From Candidatus Bathyarchaeota archaeon (GTDB lineage: Archaea; Thermoproteota; Bathyarchaeia; Bathyarchaeales; Bathycorpusculaceae), in NCBI GenBank assembly GCA_963833575.1, contig CAWHXY010000001.1, forward strand, positions 5,869 to 69,868: DNA of 64,000 bases, given 5' to 3'. Both the position numbers and the translations under genes were made by a program. The notes under the pieces were generated by a model. That model was not told the origin of the DNA. It saw only the letters and a program-made list of their open reading frames with translations, and did not search any database. The first letter of the stretch is position 1. Each line of letters opens with the position of its first letter. Positions 37,464-48,248 of this stretch are shown here, piece after piece.

Positions 37464-37973
37464 ATGGTTCGACCGCAAGACCGAAAATTCGTGACCGCAG
37501 ACCCTGACAAATGCATCGGCTGTTGCGTCTGCGAATACGCTTGTAGCATGGTTAACGAAAAAACCTTCAATCCTACTAAATCACGAATACGTGCAATGCG
37601 CATGGGTCCACTAGTAAACTTGGCAATAACATGCCGACACTGCGAAGAACCTGCATGCGTAGCAGCTTGCCCAAGAGATGCACTCACCCAAGAAGAAAAC
37701 AGCGGAATTATCCGTGTTGATGAGAACGCCTGCAACGGCTGCGGATGGTGCATTAGTGCATGCCAATTTGGCGCTATGAACATGCACCCAGAAAAGAAAA
37801 TCGTATTCACATGCAATAGCTGCACAGACAACGAAACAAAAGAGCCGCAATGCGTCAAATGGTGCCCAGAAGAAGCATTAACATATGTCAGCGCAGAAAC
37901 ATTGGCACAAAAGTACAGGCAAAAAGCTGTCAAGAACCTATTCCAAACCGCAGAAACCAACAAACAAAAATAG
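37464..37973 (+). CDS. 4x[4Fe-4S] ferredoxin (CooF/DmsB-like), AOR partner
   Basis: CIGCCVCEYAC, CRHCEEPACVAACP, CNGCGWCISAC, CNSC...CVKWCP. Confidence 0.9.
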   Translation: MVRPQDRKFVTADPDKCIGCCVCEYACSMVNEKTFNPTKSRIRAMRMGPLVNLAITCRHCEEPACVAACPRDALTQEENSGIIRVDENACNGCGWCISACQFGAMNMHPEKKIVFTCNSCTDNETKEPQCVKWCPEEALTYVSAETLAQKYRQKAVKNLFQTAETNKQK

Positions 37974-38223
37974 ACTTTAAAGGCTTAATATTTTAGCCTT
38001 TTTAATTATGTCTTCAACAATACTCTTAGTATTTGGTCTTGGTTAATTTCTATCCTTGGCAATTGGTAGTATTTTAGTCAGTTTTACTTGATTTACTTCA
38101 CTTTTTTTCTTTTTTGTGGTAAATAGTATCTTTTTTTGGTTTTTTCCTTTTTGGTAAAATTACAGAAATTATATTAGCTGAAAATGATAAACCACCCCCC
38201 ATAAACTTTAGGAGAAAAAGACA

Positions 38224-40851
38224 TTGAAAATATTAGAAAGTAAAACTATAGCTATTTTGATTGCAGTATTCATAACACTTTCTATGGCAGGCTCAATGAT
38301 ACTTTTGCCAAGTGCAAATGCGCATTCACCAGCATGGCAAGTTCCGACTTATTCTTTCTGCAGTGTTTCACCTAACCCCATAGGCATCGGGCAAACAGTC
38401 AACGTGAACTTCTGGGTTAACATACCGCCGCCAACAGCAAACCAACAATTTGGTGACAGATGGCAAAATATGACCGTTGTAGTTACACACCCTGATGGAA
38501 CCACTGAAAAACTTGGGCCATTTACCTCAGACGATACTGGAGGATCACATACTACATATACACCAAATTCACTGGGTAATTATACTTTCCAAATGATCTT
38601 TGGCGGGCAAACATTAGCAGGTGCCAATCCATCTTTAACTGGCACAACTAGCGTATTTGTCGGTGACTATTTCCAACCGAGCCAAAGCAACGTATTCAAG
38701 CTTACTGTGCAGCAGCAAGCAATAACCTACGCAGGTGTATCTCCACTTCCCACAAACTACTGGACTCGCCCAATATACGCAGAGAACACTAACTGGTACT
38801 CAATTGCTGGAAACTGGCTTGGTCTTGGCATATCAACGTTTGCTAACACTGGAATGTACAATGCAAGCGCAAACTACAACGCCTATACTAATGCACCAAA
38901 CACGGCTCACATTCTATGGACTAAGCCTGCAGCGTGGGGAGGTATTATCGGTGGAGAATTCGGAGGTTCTGAAATAAGCAACTATTATTCAACGTCACAG
39001 TATGAGCCAAAATTCGCACCAATAATAATGCAAGGCGTCCTCTATTACACTCTGTATCCCGGAGCTTCCAGTTACCCCGAAGGCTGGGTTGCTGTAGACT
39101 TACACACAGGACAAACTCTATGGACAAAAAATACTACTGAGATCTTAAGATGCGGTCAGCTACTCCAAATGGTCACCCCTAACCAGTACGGAGCCCTTGC
39201 ATACTTATGGAGTAATCCGGTTGGAAACCTTACAGCTGGCTCCAGTCGCCCAGGTGTATTGGGGTCTTTAGAGATGTGGGATGCCATGACCGGGAACTAC
39301 ATACTTACTATCACTGGCGTTCAAACAATGACACTTACAGAGGACAACCAAGGTGACTTGATAGGCTACTACACTAACAATACTGGAACCAGTCAATCGC
39401 TGACTATGTGGAACTCAACACTATGCATCAATCTAAATATACCCAGCAGCAACAACAACGGAGTTCCTCTTGCAGACAATTGGTATTGGCGACCTGGAAC
39501 AGGTGCACAAATGCCATTTGCAAAAGGAATACAATGGTCAGTCCCGTTGCCAAATAACATTTCAGGCGTACCCCTAGTCTCTCCTTCAAGTGGACTCTTA
39601 GGTCTAAGCGTTTCCGCAATCAACAGCAACACAGTACTATTAGTAGAAGCATTAAGTGGCATTACAAATGCTGGGTACCAAGCAGGATGGCAAATAGAAA
39701 CAGGCTACAACGCGGCAACAGGTGCACAGTTATGGGCGCCAATCAACCGAACCGAAACACCCTTCTCAATCATATACACAGGCAGCGTTTGGGCTGGAAG
39801 CGGAGCATACGTAGAATTAACCGAATCAACTCTGTCAATCGCAGGCTATAGCTTGACTACAGGTCAACAGCTATGGGGACCAATAGCACTTCCAAACGTT
39901 AGTCCATTCAGTTCACTGGGTGCAAACGCTGTCGTTGCAAATGGCTCAATCTACATTTGGGGCTACGGAGGAGACGTTTACTCTTTCAATATCGTTACCG
40001 GAGCATTAAACTGGCAATATCATACTCCAAGCGGCGGTTATGAGTCTCCCTACGGAGTTGAACCAATATGGACATTCACTGTAGGCACAGTCGCTGACGG
40101 TAAACTCTTTGTTCCGGAAGGACATATGTACAGTCCACCGCTATTCCACAATGCACAACAACTAGCACTCAACACCACTGACGGGAATCTTGTTTGGAGT
40201 ATTGATGCTTTTGATGTTACAAGTGCACCAGCCATTTCCGACGGAGTTATGACCACTTTAAACGCCTATGACAACCAAATATACGCTTACGGCAAAGGCG
40301 CTACCAAAGTTACTGTCACAGCCCCCGGTGTCGGAATCACAACTTCAACACCAGTAACAATCAGCGGTTCAGTAACTGATATCTCTGCAGGCGCAACACA
40401 ACAAGCAGTAGCAGCAAATTTCCCCAACGGACTTCCAGCAGTCTCTGACACAAGCATGACGAATTGGATGGAATATGTTTACATGCAACAACCATTCCCA
40501 GCAAACACAACTGGTGTACCCATTTCAATCGACGTAATCGACTCCAATGGAAATTATAGAAACATCGGTAGCACAACAAGCGATGCAAGCGGCAAGTTCT
40601 CTTTCACTTGGACACCTGATATTGCAGGTCACTATACTGTAGTCGCCAGTTTCCATGGTTCAGAATCGTATTATTCATCCTATGATGAAGCATTCTTCAC
40701 CGCAAGTGCATCACCAACCGCATCTCCAATCGCGACATCAGAGCCTGCATCAATGGCTGATACATACTTAATTCCATCAGTCGTGGCCATAATCGTCGTC
40801 ATCATAATAGTAGGCGCGGTACTAGCATTGATGATAAGGAAACAACCATAG
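38224..40851 (+). CDS. PQQ-like beta-propeller surface protein (paralog 2)
   Basis: TTG start after aggaga; signal peptide; conserved blocks shared with 7408 and 41102; TM anchor plus RKQP. Confidence 0.85.
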   Translation: MKILESKTIAILIAVFITLSMAGSMILLPSANAHSPAWQVPTYSFCSVSPNPIGIGQTVNVNFWVNIPPPTANQQFGDRWQNMTVVVTHPDGTTEKLGPFTSDDTGGSHTTYTPNSLGNYTFQMIFGGQTLAGANPSLTGTTSVFVGDYFQPSQSNVFKLTVQQQAITYAGVSPLPTNYWTRPIYAENTNWYSIAGNWLGLGISTFANTGMYNASANYNAYTNAPNTAHILWTKPAAWGGIIGGEFGGSEISNYYSTSQYEPKFAPIIMQGVLYYTLYPGASSYPEGWVAVDLHTGQTLWTKNTTEILRCGQLLQMVTPNQYGALAYLWSNPVGNLTAGSSRPGVLGSLEMWDAMTGNYILTITGVQTMTLTEDNQGDLIGYYTNNTGTSQSLTMWNSTLCINLNIPSSNNNGVPLADNWYWRPGTGAQMPFAKGIQWSVPLPNNISGVPLVSPSSGLLGLSVSAINSNTVLLVEALSGITNAGYQAGWQIETGYNAATGAQLWAPINRTETPFSIIYTGSVWAGSGAYVELTESTLSIAGYSLTTGQQLWGPIALPNVSPFSSLGANAVVANGSIYIWGYGGDVYSFNIVTGALNWQYHTPSGGYESPYGVEPIWTFTVGTVADGKLFVPEGHMYSPPLFHNAQQLALNTTDGNLVWSIDAFDVTSAPAISDGVMTTLNAYDNQIYAYGKGATKVTVTAPGVGITTSTPVTISGSVTDISAGATQQAVAANFPNGLPAVSDTSMTNWMEYVYMQQPFPANTTGVPISIDVIDSNGNYRNIGSTTSDASGKFSFTWTPDIAGHYTVVASFHGSESYYSSYDEAFFTASASPTASPIATSEPASMADTYLIPSVVAIIVVIIIVGAVLALMIRKQP

Positions 40852-40863
40852 CTAAACATAAAC

Positions 40864-40890
40864 AAAAACAACTTTTCCCCTTCTTTTTTG
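40864..40890 (+). terminator. Oligo-T terminator-like element
   Basis: aaaaacaacttttccccttcttttttg after paralog 2. Confidence 0.6.
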
Positions 40891-41101
40891 TTATTTAAAA
40901 AAAGTAATGATTCTATTCTTTTGTTATTTTCAAATATTTTTAAATAATATATTGTATTTTGATTTCAAAATAAGACTTTATTTGTAAGAATTCGAATTGT
41001 TTTATATCAAAATAGAGCTTCGGACTTCTAATGATGCGCAAATCTTATAAACAAACTGAACGAACAGTGATTCTTATAAACTTAAGGAGAAGAAAAGAAA
41101 A

Positions 41102-43762
41102 ATGAAAATGCTAAAAAGCAAAACTATGGCTATTTTGATTGCAGCATTTTTAACAATCTCTATGGGAGCCTCAATGATACTATTACCCAGTGCAGGCGCT
41201 CACAATCCTCCATGGCAAATTCCAACATACAGTTTCTGCAGCGTTTCGCCAAATCCAGTCGGCGTAGGTCAACAAATTAACGTTAACTTTTGGGTCAATG
41301 AACCACCGCCAACCGCAAGCGCACAATACGGTGACAGATTCCACAATATGACAGTTGTTGTCACACACCCTGACGGAACAAAAGAAACACTTGGTCCGTT
41401 TTCATCTGACGCTACCGGAGGATCACATACAACCTATACACCATCCGTTATTGGTAATTACTCCTTCCAGTTTGTCTTTGGTGGAGATACCATAACAGAC
41501 GAGAATCCAGCAACTCCAATAACTAATCCATCTCAACACAGCGCTTCTTACCTTGACTATTTCATGCCCAGCGTAAGCAACGTATTCACTCTGACAGTTC
41601 AGCAAGAGCCAATAAGCTATGCAGCAGTTGCTCCACTTCCAACTCAATATTGGACACGTCCAATTTATGGCGAAAACAACAATTGGTACTCCGTTGCGGG
41701 AAACTGGCTTGGTCTAGCAGCATCAACCTTTGCCGCAACTGGAATGTACAATGCAACTGGAAACTATAACCCATATACTACAGCACCAAACTCTGCTCAC
41801 ATTTTGTGGACCAAACCTGAAGCTTTCGGTGGCATAATTGGCGGAGAATTCGGTGGCAGCGAAACAGGAAACTACTACTCAACTTCTCAGTACGAACCAA
41901 AGTTTGCGCCAATCATCATGAACGGCATACTATACTATACTCTATATCCAGGAGCTTCAACTTATCCAGAAGGATGGGTTGCAGTAGACCTGCACACTGG
42001 ACAAACCATATGGACAAAGACAGAAGCTGAAACCAACAACGAAGTTCTAAAATGCGGACAAATACTCAACGAAATCACACCTAACCAATATGGAGCAGAA
42101 GCATACCTATGGTCAGTACCAATATCAGCAGCTGGCTTCATGGCTGGTGGTTCTTACATGGCCATGTATGATGCAATGACAGGACAATGGATACTCAACA
42201 TCACAGGCACACCTTCCATGACACTTGTTCAAGGCACGTATGGCGACTTAATCGGCTACTACACAACTACAGACTATGCGACAGGCAATAACTACCTGAA
42301 CATGTGGAACTCTACCGCATGCATCAACTTGAACGTAGCTAACTACGGCGGTGGTGCAAGCGTTCCAGATCAATGGATGTGGAGGCCACCACAAGGAGCA
42401 CAGTTAAACTTCAACTTAGGCGTACAACATGACTCTCACTGGCCAGCATTAATGCCATCTAATGACAAAACAAACAATGCCACGTTAACTGTTATGACAA
42501 GCATGTTCGGCATGGTGTTCCCATCATACCTACTAGGCATCTCAGCAATACAGAGCGGCGTAATATTTGCATCAGGAACATCAAGTACAGGATTCGCTTA
42601 TACACCAGGATGGTATGAGGAAGCAGGATTCGACCAAGCAACTGGAGCACTTCTATGGGGACCGTACAACGTATCTGAAGTACCATATTCCATCATTTAC
42701 ACCGGAGGAAACTGGGCAGGAAGCGGTGCTCGTATAGAACTCACTGAATCCTCACTATCAGTCACAGGCTACAGTCTAACCACAGGCGCAAAACTATGGG
42801 GACCAACAGCACTACCAAACGTTAGTCCATTCAGTTCGCTCGGTGCAAACTCAGTTGTCGCTAACGGCATAGATTACATATGGGGCTACGGAGGAGACGT
42901 TTACGCCTACAACATTGTTACTGGCGCTCTATTGTGGCAATATCACACACCATCCGGTGGCTACGAATCACCTTACGGTGTTGAACCACTATGGACTTTC
43001 AGCGTCGGAACAGTCGCTGACGGCAAACTCTTTGTTCCTGAAGGCCACATGTACAGTCCACCACTATTCCACAATGCACAGCAACTAGCACTCAATACCA
43101 CTGACGGAAGCGTAGTATGGAGCATGGATGCTTTCGACGTTACAAGTGCACCAGCTATCTCTGACGGTATCATGACGACACTTAACGCGTATGACAACCA
43201 AATATACGCATGGGGCAAAGGACCAACCGATACCACTGTTAGCGCACAACCATACGGATCGGATATAATGATCAGCGGATCAGTAACCGATGTTTCCGCA
43301 GGCGCTCAGCAGGACGCAGTTGCAAAGAACTTCCCCAATGGTCTTCCAGCAGTTTCAGATGCAAGCCAAAGTGCATGGATGGAATACGTATACATGCAAC
43401 AAACACGTCCATCAAACGCAACTGGTGTTCCAGTTACCCTAAGCGTCATTGACTCAAACGGCAACTTTAGAGATATCGGAAGTGCTACAAGCGACTCAAC
43501 CGGCAAATTCAGCTTCCTATGGACACCAAACATTTCAGGCAAATACACAGTCATCGCAACATTCGCAGGTTCAGAATCATACTATTCATCATATGATGAA
43601 GCATTCTTCAACTCAGCCGCAGCAACACCGACACCATCACCATATCCAGTGACAGTTCTACCGCCCACTGAAATGTACATTGCAGCAGCAGCAATCGCAA
43701 TCATCATTGCAGTGGCTATAGTCGGCGTCCTAATGCTGATGGCAATCAAAAAACGGGCATAA
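41102..43762 (+). CDS. PQQ-like beta-propeller surface protein (paralog 3)
   Basis: Signal peptide; long peptide blocks identical to paralog 2 (e.g. QYHTPSGGYESPYGVEP, TVADGKLFVPEGHMYSPPLFHNAQQLALNTTDG); TM anchor plus KKRA. Confidence 0.85.
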   Translation: MKMLKSKTMAILIAAFLTISMGASMILLPSAGAHNPPWQIPTYSFCSVSPNPVGVGQQINVNFWVNEPPPTASAQYGDRFHNMTVVVTHPDGTKETLGPFSSDATGGSHTTYTPSVIGNYSFQFVFGGDTITDENPATPITNPSQHSASYLDYFMPSVSNVFTLTVQQEPISYAAVAPLPTQYWTRPIYGENNNWYSVAGNWLGLAASTFAATGMYNATGNYNPYTTAPNSAHILWTKPEAFGGIIGGEFGGSETGNYYSTSQYEPKFAPIIMNGILYYTLYPGASTYPEGWVAVDLHTGQTIWTKTEAETNNEVLKCGQILNEITPNQYGAEAYLWSVPISAAGFMAGGSYMAMYDAMTGQWILNITGTPSMTLVQGTYGDLIGYYTTTDYATGNNYLNMWNSTACINLNVANYGGGASVPDQWMWRPPQGAQLNFNLGVQHDSHWPALMPSNDKTNNATLTVMTSMFGMVFPSYLLGISAIQSGVIFASGTSSTGFAYTPGWYEEAGFDQATGALLWGPYNVSEVPYSIIYTGGNWAGSGARIELTESSLSVTGYSLTTGAKLWGPTALPNVSPFSSLGANSVVANGIDYIWGYGGDVYAYNIVTGALLWQYHTPSGGYESPYGVEPLWTFSVGTVADGKLFVPEGHMYSPPLFHNAQQLALNTTDGSVVWSMDAFDVTSAPAISDGIMTTLNAYDNQIYAWGKGPTDTTVSAQPYGSDIMISGSVTDVSAGAQQDAVAKNFPNGLPAVSDASQSAWMEYVYMQQTRPSNATGVPVTLSVIDSNGNFRDIGSATSDSTGKFSFLWTPNISGKYTVIATFAGSESYYSSYDEAFFNSAAATPTPSPYPVTVLPPTEMYIAAAAIAIIIAVAIVGVLMLMAIKKRA

Positions 43763-43774
43763 AAACGCACACAC

Positions 43775-43811
43775 AAAAAACAACTTTCCTCTTTCTTTTT
43801 TATTTTTTTTT
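43775..43811 (+). terminator. Oligo-T terminator-like element
   Basis: aaaaaacaactttcctctttctttttt... after paralog 3. Confidence 0.6.
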
Positions 43812-44008
43812 GAAATTTTAAAAACTAAAGCTCTACTTCACAAATTTTCCATATCTGCAACGGAATTTCATTTTTCTTAGTTCCCTTCTTTTCAAAACTT
43901 AGAAAAACATTTAATCAAATGCGAGATTTGTTGAAAATATTTTGCTCAATTGGGCCACATAGACCCTTTTGGTAGGTGCTGTTCCAACCGCTAAAAACCT
44001 AGGCCGTT

Positions 44009-46066
44009 TTAAGGTTGATTTCTCATTATTGCACCTTTGGTGTAGGGCACGAACTCTCTAATCTGCTCAATTGATGTTTTTCCAGCTTTTTCCCGCTGAT
44101 CCTTAGACAGCTTAAGAACTAGAGACTTGAGGATTTGCTTTAGAAGCTCTTTACTCTGAATATCACCCGGCAAGAGGACAACATAGGCTTTGGTTTTAGC
44201 TTTTACAGCATCCACGGGACCGCCAACAAAAGATGTTTGGTCACTGACGATTATTCCGACCGCAGTTCTAAGTGGCATGTTCCGCGTCCAATTCCGTTTC
44301 CCAACAACTGCAAAAGCGCCATGTGGAACCGATTCGCCTGAAGGGCCACTTTTGCTTAGCTGATCCACTTTAACCCAGTAAACGTCCGCAGAGCCAGCGT
44401 TTTCGCGCCAAGCTCGTGAAAAAGATGCTGCGTACTCGCCAGCTTCGTGCAACGTTTGATCACTTATGGTTTTACCTTCGGCTTTAACAACCACAAATGG
44501 GGCGCCAGAAATTTCCGCGTGAAACACAACGTCCTCTTGGTCAGTATACTTCTTTACGAGTACTTCGTTGCTGACCGTGTCTTTTCCCGCGACCACTAAA
44601 AAACCATCAGAAGAAATGAACCATCGAAACTTTTCATACCATTCCTTGTTTTCTCTCTCTAACTTTCGTTTAGAGAGTGCTTCTATAATTTCCGCTGGTT
44701 TGAGACTTTTCAACTCTTCCGCTTCATTAAGCTCTTTCTCAATTTTAGCTAACTTTTTCTTTGAATCCTCAAGTGCTATCAATGCGCCCCCAGATTTTTG
44801 CTTAGCCCTCTTCCCTTTTTCATAGTATTCGTTAGCGTTCTCAAAGAGCGAGTGTCTTAGGTTCAAGCTAAACTGACAATTATCCATGCAAAGGTTCAAT
44901 GCAAGATTTTTGCCGTCAAACGATTGAATATACGCTTCAGGTATGCTGCCAGTTTTTTTAGCTGCTAATGCATCATTGATTACAATATTCCAGTCTTTGC
45001 CATTTCGGTTTGCGCTTAAAAGTTTGTTTTGGAATGTTTGCAGTTCGTTGAAGTGAGCATAAATGGTGTCGCCGATCAATTTGTCGCGCTGCGATTTTAC
45101 TTCATCTTCATGTATGGATTTTTCCTGGTCAACGACTATTCGTTTTAGCCGTTCGGCTTCCTTCTTTAATTTATCAACTTCAACAGCATTAACGGCTCTC
45201 TCTGCCACAGTAACCCTTAGATAAAACTCATCTAAAGCCCGATTGAAAGTCTCATAAACCTGTGTTTTGAAGCCTTCATAACGCTTAAGTCTGAGGGGCA
45301 CAACATCCAAGAAGTCGTCATCTTCGCCTAAAACTATGCATGGCTCTAAATGCATGTTTGAAATGGGTGAAAGTAAACTTTGAACCGCTTCAAAAATACC
45401 CTTAACTTCAATTTCTGTCAAGGTGTTGCAATGCTTGGTTTTTTCAACGTTAGCTCTAAGAAGGATTTCTTCCGCGTAAACTCCACCAACTCCCAAAAAA
45501 CGCGCTATGGATCTAACAACTTCTGTTTTACCCGCGTTTTTGAGGGCATCTTCCAGTTCAGGTAGGTTTACTTTGAAGGGATTTTTGCTACTTGAAGGGG
45601 GCAACTCAAGAACGACATTATGGAGAATGTCTCGGTCACGCATTTTTTTGAACGCTAAGGCGTGAATGATTACGTTTTGCTCGTTGGTTATTATGATGTT
45701 GCCTTCGCCGAAAAGCTCTATTACCAGTTTTAACAAGCCCGTTTTGGTTCGAAAGCTAACTGTTACTATTCTTTCAAACTCATACTGGTCAATACCTGCT
45801 ACCCACGCATCTCGCAGGTATTTTCTGAGGGTCATGCAGAATGCGGGCGGTTCAGTAGGGTTTTCTTCAGCGTAACCAGTGGTGTGCAATCTTCTACCTG
45901 CTTCAATTACGAGTCGTATCGGAGACGTGTCTGTTTTGTGCAATTTGAAAATTACTGTTTTTTCGTCGAGTTGGTAGATGTTGTTCACTCGGGAATCAGC
46001 GATTAATCCTTTTAGTTCTTGGATTACCGCGGCGATATCAAAGCTTGAGAAGTCTTTCTTACGCAA
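44009..46066 (-). CDS. Ribosome quality control factor Rqc2/NEMF homolog
   Basis: SSFDIAAV, FCMTLRKYL, ELFGEGNII, WYEKFRWFISSDGFLVVAGKD, FHAEISGAP, SGESVPHGAF. Confidence 0.92.
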   Translation of the reverse strand: MRKKDFSSFDIAAVIQELKGLIADSRVNNIYQLDEKTVIFKLHKTDTSPIRLVIEAGRRLHTTGYAEENPTEPPAFCMTLRKYLRDAWVAGIDQYEFERIVTVSFRTKTGLLKLVIELFGEGNIIITNEQNVIIHALAFKKMRDRDILHNVVLELPPSSSKNPFKVNLPELEDALKNAGKTEVVRSIARFLGVGGVYAEEILLRANVEKTKHCNTLTEIEVKGIFEAVQSLLSPISNMHLEPCIVLGEDDDFLDVVPLRLKRYEGFKTQVYETFNRALDEFYLRVTVAERAVNAVEVDKLKKEAERLKRIVVDQEKSIHEDEVKSQRDKLIGDTIYAHFNELQTFQNKLLSANRNGKDWNIVINDALAAKKTGSIPEAYIQSFDGKNLALNLCMDNCQFSLNLRHSLFENANEYYEKGKRAKQKSGGALIALEDSKKKLAKIEKELNEAEELKSLKPAEIIEALSKRKLERENKEWYEKFRWFISSDGFLVVAGKDTVSNEVLVKKYTDQEDVVFHAEISGAPFVVVKAEGKTISDQTLHEAGEYAASFSRAWRENAGSADVYWVKVDQLSKSGPSGESVPHGAFAVVGKRNWTRNMPLRTAVGIIVSDQTSFVGGPVDAVKAKTKAYVVLLPGDIQSKELLKQILKSLVLKLSKDQREKAGKTSIEQIREFVPYTKGAIMRNQP

Positions 46067-46238
46067 AGTTTACACATCAACTGTCGAATCTATATGGTAA
46101 TAGACTATAAAATAACCCTTTCACTTAAAAACCACTAAAATCAGAAGGCTGATGCTTTTTGACGGGAGAAACGATTAATATCTAGGCACCTTTTTTAAGT
46201 AAGAAGAAAAATATACTCAGCCAAGGATTAGATTCGGC

Positions 46239-46538
46239 ATGACCCCTATAGCTCAACTTTACTGGATAAGAGTCGCGTTAGGTATAGCTGCGGGAGCAGT
46301 AAGTGCAGTAGTAGCTTTTTTACTTAACAATGCAAGTGACATTACTACTTTCGTTAACGCTTTTACAATAGCCTTGATAATTTATTTAATTTCATATTAC
46401 ATTTTCAAGGCGCTATTCAAAAACAAAATAGAAAAACAGTCAAAAATACTCAGCACAGCCATAGCCGCTTACTTTTTCAGTTGGTTACCATTCTTCGTAT
46501 TGTTCTACACGGCAATATGGGTAGCGACTGGTCACTAA
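46239..46538 (+). CDS. Small three-TM membrane protein, EMC6-like
   Basis: LYWIRVALGIAAG, central TM, and KILSTAIAAYFFSW..F.LFYT resemble the EMC6/Rab5ip layout; by-eye only. Confidence 0.55.
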   Translation: MTPIAQLYWIRVALGIAAGAVSAVVAFLLNNASDITTFVNAFTIALIIYLISYYIFKALFKNKIEKQSKILSTAIAAYFFSWLPFFVLFYTAIWVATGH

Positions 46539-46551
46539 ACCAAAAGCAATA

Positions 46552-47013
46552 TTATTCTGATTTGTCTTTCTGAAAGAAATTTGCGATTGTAGCTTGGCTT
46601 TTGTCACTTCTTACGGTTTCTATTTTTTCTTCTGAAGGTGCAGCTTTATTATTTGTGTTTTGTGGGGCTTCAATTTCCAAGCGTGTTAAGATTCGCATGC
46701 AGTCCGCCCAAGCAGAGAAGTATCCTCGGTCAAAGTCACCATGTAAGCCATTTCGCATGTGGTCAAGGAACTCTTTGCGATACGCATGTAAATTCACTTT
46801 GTCACTTAAATCCAATTTTGCAAAGAATGCGTAATCGTCGTTAACATTTTTTCGTGACAGATACATTCCGTATAAAGCTCGGAAGTACCCTCTGTTCCAG
46901 TCGGTTTTCTGCATTTTTTGTTTGACTCGTTCCAACTCTCGCTCTGCTTCAGTGAATTGCCTACTAACTATGAGTTGGAAGTAACGTGAAACCAGGGCTT
47001 GTGGTATTGGCAT
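46552..47013 (-). CDS. Hypothetical helical protein co-transcribed with radA
   Basis: Starts 2 nt after radA stop; internally repeated motif (WNRGYFRAL / FDRGYFSAW). Confidence 0.7.
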   Translation of the reverse strand: MPIPQALVSRYFQLIVSRQFTEAERELERVKQKMQKTDWNRGYFRALYGMYLSRKNVNDDYAFFAKLDLSDKVNLHAYRKEFLDHMRNGLHGDFDRGYFSAWADCMRILTRLEIEAPQNTNNKAAPSEEKIETVRSDKSQATIANFFQKDKSE

Positions 47014-47015
47014 GC

Positions 47016-48086
47016 TTAGCGTCCACGACTTTTACTTGCTTTCTCGGCTTTTTCCTCTTCCGAGACATCTTCTATTCCGTTCTCCGTGACTTTAAGTATT
47101 TCCTCTCCTTCGGGCAAATATGGGCTGGAAACTAGTCTTGCAATTCTTATTGGTCCGTGAGGTGCTCTGCGAAGATAGATACGAGTATGGCTTGTGTGGC
47201 CAACGATGTTTCCGCCGATTGGGTGGATTGCGTCGCCAAAGAATTGGTCGGGTTTTGCCATCACTTGGTTAGTTACGACCGCTACTGCATTGAATGCTCT
47301 GGCCAAAGCGATTAGTTTATGCATATGCTTGTTAAGTTTCTGCTGTCTTGAAGCCAACATTTCTCTTCCGAGATATTCACTTCGGAAATGCGCTGTTAAT
47401 GAGTCAACTATAATTAATTTGATGTTGTTTGCTTTAATTATTTCATCAGCGTTCTCAAGAAGGAACATTTGATGGTCTGAAGTGTAGGCTTCAGCGTAAA
47501 TGATGTTTTTCACCACTGTTTCAGGGTCTAGACCTAAAAATTTTGACATTTGTACTATTCGTTCAAGCCTGAAAGTGTTTTCCGTATCTACGTATAATGC
47601 TGCACCATTTAATCCTCCGCGTTCGGGCGGAAGTTGAACGTTCACGCATAATTGATGACACATTTGGCTTTTTCCACTGCCATACTCACCATAAAATTCT
47701 GTTATCGTTTGCGTTTCTAAGCCGCCATCAACGACTTTGTCTAAGGCTTTACTGCCTGTGCTCAAACGAAGAACGTTTTTGCGCATTTTGAAGAGTTCAT
47801 CTGCACGGATAAACGAAATGCCTATGGCTGAACGTGCCGCTTCTATAATTTGAAAAGCCTTTTTCTCACTCACTCCGACCGGTTCTAGTTCGCGTGAGGT
47901 CGCCATAGCTAAAGACTCGACAGTGTGGTAGCCAAGTTCGCGAAGTTTCTGGGCTGTAGCGGGACCGACTCCTGGCAAGTCTTCTATGAATTGATATTTT
48001 TCCTTGTTTACTTCAATTTCTGATTTTTGAGTTTCAGGTTCTTGTTCTCTCTGATCTTCAGCATCTTCTTCAGTCATTACTTCCAC
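47016..48086 (-). CDS. radA: DNA repair and recombination protein RadA
   Basis: N-terminal HhH (LPGVGPATA), GEYGSGKSQ, YVDTENTFR, IVDSLTAHFRSEY, RQQKLN, TNQV, GGNIVGH; no intein. Confidence 0.97.
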   Translation of the reverse strand: MEVMTEEDAEDQREQEPETQKSEIEVNKEKYQFIEDLPGVGPATAQKLRELGYHTVESLAMATSRELEPVGVSEKKAFQIIEAARSAIGISFIRADELFKMRKNVLRLSTGSKALDKVVDGGLETQTITEFYGEYGSGKSQMCHQLCVNVQLPPERGGLNGAALYVDTENTFRLERIVQMSKFLGLDPETVVKNIIYAEAYTSDHQMFLLENADEIIKANNIKLIIVDSLTAHFRSEYLGREMLASRQQKLNKHMHKLIALARAFNAVAVVTNQVMAKPDQFFGDAIHPIGGNIVGHTSHTRIYLRRAPHGPIRIARLVSSPYLPEGEEILKVTENGIEDVSEEEKAEKASKSRGR

Positions 48087-48248
48087 ACTTGGATGATGAA
48101 GTAATGTCTGGGATATTTAAAACAACCGAAGATTAGGGTTAGTTGCTCAGTGGAGGGGTGAGTGAAAGTGAAGGTTGACTTTGATGTCTATGAAATCTTT
48201 TTGGTAGAAGGGTTAACTAATTTCAAATAAAAAGTTTGAGGATTTAGG

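Noticed and set aside
38224-43762. Diversity-generating retroelement or very recent gene conversion between propeller paralogs 2 and 3
   Set aside because: Differences in the shared block are mostly synonymous third-position changes of all base types, not adenine-specific; no reverse transcriptase in the window.
47016-48086. Intein in RadA
   Set aside because: 356 aa is normal length; the N-terminal acidic extension is short and no splicing motifs are present.
48095-48190. C/D box sRNA suggested by ATGATGA
   Set aside because: No properly placed CTGA box D; region is better explained as the radA promoter on the opposite strand.
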